Shown here one piece after another: positions 45,988-48,688 of a stretch of DNA of 48,688 nucleotides. Within the stretch, counting starts at the first letter, position 1. Every line of letters starts with the position of its first letter. Below the pieces are notes generated by a model. That model was not told where the DNA came from, ran no database searches, and saw only the letters and a program-made list of their open reading frames with translations. The translations under genes and the position numbers were made by a program. The stretch spans positions 1 through 48,688 of the forward strand of contig JBBILY010000004.1 in assembly GCA_037444705.1 (NCBI GenBank), written 5' to 3'. Source of the stretch: Chloroflexota bacterium (GTDB lineage: Bacteria > Chloroflexota > Anaerolineae > Anaerolineales > UBA4823).

Positions 45988-47220
45988 CTAAGGTGCCGCG
46001 GTAGCCACAGGTGTACGGGTTGGGCGTGGCGTGCGGGTAGGGGTGACGGTCACCGTTGGGGTGGGGGTCAAGATGCCTTGCCGGGTGAAAATTTGATGTG
46101 CCACCTGCCCAAAAAGTCCCATTACGCCGTAATCTTGTTGATTATAAAAGATTTGCAGGGCGGCGGCGTTGCCAGTCAGGATTTCGACCTGTTGTTCGCC
46201 TACATATTGAAAGGCTGAACCGGGTGCAACGCGTCCCTCAAACGCCACTTTACCATCCACCACCACGCGCATCCAGGCACGCTGGCGCACGGTGACATAC
46301 ACCCGAACAGCGTCTCCCTCACCCCCGGGAGCAAGGGTCACTTCGGGGGTAGTCTGAGTTTCTTGGGGCAAAATCGCCAGAGGTGCAGGCAAGGTTGGGG
46401 TTGAAGGGATGGGGGAAGGAGTAGGAGGTTGTGTCTCTGTTGCCAGTAACACTTCGACAATGGAGGGGGCGGTGGGAGAGGGGGACTGAGCCTCTTGCAT
46501 GGCTAAGATACGGATGCCCGCCCAGACGAAAAAGACCACCAGGCCTATGATCAGGGTGGCAGCAAAGATCAATTCGATGGAGAAGGCCCAACGCAGGCTG
46601 GTTGGCAAGCGCAGGTGGGGGCGGACGGCATGTCGCCTTGGAGGTTGCGTCGCTAGGCGCTCTGTCAGGCGGGCTTGCAAAGCCTCAGCGAAGCGCAGGA
46701 GCAGTGGCTCAGGGTCCAGCCCCAGAAATTCGGCGTAAGTGCCTAACATGCCGCGCCCTTGTACAGGGGAGAGCAATTGATCCAGGTCTCCTGCCTCTAA
46801 GGCTTTGAGGTTATTAATGCGCAAACGCGTGTGGCGCGCGACATCCTGTAGCGATAGGCCTAATAATTCCCGTTGTTGTCTCAGTGTTTGGCCGATCTGC
46901 TGAAGGATCTCTGCTCCAGGGGTGGTGATGGCCTCTGATTTTGTCGGCTTCACTTCAGCCGCAGGCGCAGCAGGGCTGGCCTGGGCCGAGGTGCCGCTAT
47001 TCAACGCCGTCAGCAATGAGGTGGCATCCAGACCTAAGTAGTCGGCATACAGGCGCAGGAAACCGCGGGCCTGCACCATAGAAGGTAAGGCATCGTAGTC
47101 GTCTGCCTCCAGGGCTTGCAGGTAGTACAGGCGCACGTGGGTCTCCTGTGCTGCTTGCTCCAGGGTGAGCGAGCGAGCCAGACGCGCTTGCCGCAATTGC
47201 TGACCGAGCGACTCTGTCAT
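45988..47220 (-). CDS. rodZ: RodZ-like cytoskeletal protein with duplicated N-terminal XRE-type HTH, a TM helix and a DUF4115-like C-domain
   Basis: Two HTH_25-type modules (LGQQLRQARLARSLTLEQAAQETHVRLYYLQALE and IGQTLRQQRELLGLSLQDVARHTRLRINNLKALE), a TM segment (IFAATLIIGLVVFFVWAGI) and a C-terminal VYVTVRQRAWMRVVVDG...LQIFYN. Start taken at ATG 47220 to avoid overlap with rplI. The track ORF extends to 47373. Confidence 0.8.
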   Translation of the reverse strand: MTESLGQQLRQARLARSLTLEQAAQETHVRLYYLQALEADDYDALPSMVQARGFLRLYADYLGLDATSLLTALNSGTSAQASPAAPAAEVKPTKSEAITTPGAEILQQIGQTLRQQRELLGLSLQDVARHTRLRINNLKALEAGDLDQLLSPVQGRGMLGTYAEFLGLDPEPLLLRFAEALQARLTERLATQPPRRHAVRPHLRLPTSLRWAFSIELIFAATLIIGLVVFFVWAGIRILAMQEAQSPSPTAPSIVEVLLATETQPPTPSPIPSTPTLPAPLAILPQETQTTPEVTLAPGGEGDAVRVYVTVRQRAWMRVVVDGKVAFEGRVAPGSAFQYVGEQQVEILTGNAAALQIFYNQQDYGVMGLFGQVAHQIFTRQGILTPTPTVTVTPTRTPRPTRTPVATAAP

Positions 47221-47320
47221 AGGATTACAGGATCCAGGGGCGGCATAAGGGGCGGAGTTCCTCATCGCTGATGGGCAACCCCGCCCCTGAAATTGGCTAC
47301 CTGTTCCCCGAAAGAGGGGT

Positions 47321-47839
47321 TTACTCAGCCGCGGGTGTTTCGGCTGAGGAAGGTGCTTCCACTGCGGTCTCAACCGCGCTTATCGCAGGCGTTTCACCCT
47401 CGCGATGGACCAGGATCGTGATTTCAGGCACCAGATCCATGGTCAAGCGGATGCGCACCTTGTGCTCTCCCAGGGCGCGCAGAGGTTGCGTATCCACCTG
47501 GCGGCGGTCAATGGACACGCCCAGTCTCTGGTTGACGGCATCCGCGATCATCTGGGGGGTGATGGAGCCATACAGTTTCCCCGTTTCCCCAGCGCGGGCG
47601 GGGAAGGTGAGCACCAGGTTTTCAAGTTTTTCAGCCACAGCGCTCAATTCCTGGTTGAGTGCTGAGCGTTTGGCTGCGGCGCGGGCGCGGATATGCTCCA
47701 CCTGTTTAAGCGTGGCAGGGGTAGCCAGCACCGCTAGTCCTTGGGGAATCAAATAGTTGCGACCGTAGCCATCGGCCACTTTTTTGATGTCGCCAGCGCG
47801 ACCCAACTTGTAAACGTCCTCTAATAACAATACCTTCAT
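47321..47839 (-). CDS. rplI: 50S ribosomal protein L9
   Basis: [36 protein letters not shown] is the canonical L9 N-terminus. Start at ATG 47839. The track ORF extends to 47935. Confidence 0.93.
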   Translation of the reverse strand: MKVLLLEDVYKLGRAGDIKKVADGYGRNYLIPQGLAVLATPATLKQVEHIRARAAAKRSALNQELSAVAEKLENLVLTFPARAGETGKLYGSITPQMIADAVNQRLGVSIDRRQVDTQPLRALGEHKVRIRLTMDLVPEITILVHREGETPAISAVETAVEAPSSAETPAAE

Positions 47840-47967
47840 TTCACAAGCCCTTTCATTGCGATCAAGATCTGCAAATGCAGGCCCGGGCGAAGGGTACAAC
47901 GCCGCGGGCAGGGCGGATTTTACCAGAAGGCGCAAGGCTAGTCAACGAGATATTGTATAATCAACTC

Positions 47968-48688
47968 ATGCCAACGCGTCAGCGTTCATTTAGCGTGGAG
48001 GCTGTGGTACTACGTCACAGCGATTGGGGTGAGGCGGACCGCCTGCTCTGGCTGTTCACTCGCCAGATGGGCAAGGTGCGGGCAATCGCCAAAGGAGCGC
48101 GTAAACTGCGTTCGCGCAAGGCGGGTCATCTGGAGCCATTTACCCAGGTGGCTTTGCTCTTGGCCCAGGGGCGCGAAATCTGGTTGGTCACCCAGGCCGA
48201 GACCCTCAACGCCTTTCCTGCTCTGCGTCAGGATTTGAACCTGTGGGAGTACGCCTGTTATGTGGTCGAACTCCTGGACCGCTTTACCTATGAGGAAGGG
48301 GAAAATCGCGCCCAATATCGCCTGTTGGTAGATACGCTGATGCGCTTGTGCTCCTCTGCCAATCCGCAACTGGCCTTGCGCTATTATGAAATGCGCTTGC
48401 TGGACCTGGTAGGTTTTCGCCCCCGGTTGTTTAATTGTGCTCAGTGTGGCAAGGAAATTCAGGCTGAAGACCAGTATTTCTCCGCTGAGTTGGGGGGCGT
48501 AATATGCCCACAATGCGCTCGGGATATGGTGGGTGTCCGCCCGGTATCCATGCGCGCCCTGAAGTATCTGCGTCACTTCCAGCGGAGCGACTTTGCCGAG
48601 GCCTCGCGTGCGCAAATTGCGCCTGGCGAGATGCGGGAAATGGAAGCCCTGATGGAATACTATCTGACATATTTATTGGAGCGCAGCC
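47968..48688 (+). CDS. recO: DNA repair protein RecO (3' end beyond the window)
   Basis: My own translation from ATG 47968: MPTRQRSFSVEAVVLRHSDWGEADRLLWLFTRQMGKVRAIAKGARKLRSRKAGHLEPFT...CAQCGKEI...CPQCA. This gives an OB-fold N-domain and a zinc-finger CxxC..CxxC. It is not in the ORF track because no stop lies in the window. Confidence 0.88.
   Translation, partial: MPTRQRSFSVEAVVLRHSDWGEADRLLWLFTRQMGKVRAIAKGARKLRSRKAGHLEPFTQVALLLAQGREIWLVTQAETLNAFPALRQDLNLWEYACYVVELLDRFTYEEGENRAQYRLLVDTLMRLCSSANPQLALRYYEMRLLDLVGFRPRLFNCAQCGKEIQAEDQYFSAELGGVICPQCARDMVGVRPVSMRALKYLRHFQRSDFAEASRAQIAPGEMREMEALMEYYLTYLLERS

Noticed and set aside
1-48688. A search by eye for CRISPR repeats, rRNA, transposase or integrase genes, long terminal inverted repeats, toxin-antitoxin pairs and defence-system signatures.
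   Set aside because: None were found. Apart from the methyltransferase relic, the window is core-genome-like, and I do not claim any novel multi-gene system here.

Overview
This window is about 48.7 kb of gene-dense bacterial chromosome: roughly 50 CDS and one tRNA, with no rRNA, CRISPR array, transposase, integrase or prophage. The protein families and the Pro/Thr-rich linkers suggest a Chloroflexota-like organism, but that is unverified inference. Most genes are housekeeping: radA, clpC, rpsA, glgC, tRNA-Leu(CAA), ychF, pepF-like, pdxS/pdxT, tmk, gmk, galE, pcm, rimO, a rodZ-like gene, rplI and recO. Transporters, peptidases and small-molecule enzymes sit between them. I found no convincing new multi-gene system such as a defence island. 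The points most worth a second look are listed below.

1. **Selenoprotein peroxiredoxin.** A 2-Cys-type peroxiredoxin has an in-frame TGA exactly at the peroxidatic-Cys position, followed by a SECIS-like hairpin. The ORF track splits it into two ORFs.
2. **Recoding or homopolymer error.** An A10 run carrying the dnaX-type A_AAA_AAG heptamer sits in the only 37-nt overlap between a ChlI/ChlD-like AAA+ ORF and a VWA ORF. The VWA ORF has no canonical start upstream of its conserved N-terminal motifs.
3. **parS site.** A perfect 16-bp palindromic parS consensus lies upstream of pdxS.
4. **Unexplained intergenic region.** A 452-bp ORF-free, purine-skewed region between convergent genes contains a perfect DnaA box, near-boxes, a 13-bp inverted repeat and 13 GGA motifs.
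5. **Possible autoregulated operon.** A small-protein / long ArsR-type / MFS operon has a perfect 18-bp palindromic operator candidate.
6. **Methyltransferase relic.** An N-terminal fragment of a DNA methyltransferase remains beside an unrelated gene.

All functional calls rest on my reading of conserved motifs in the translations. No database search was run.
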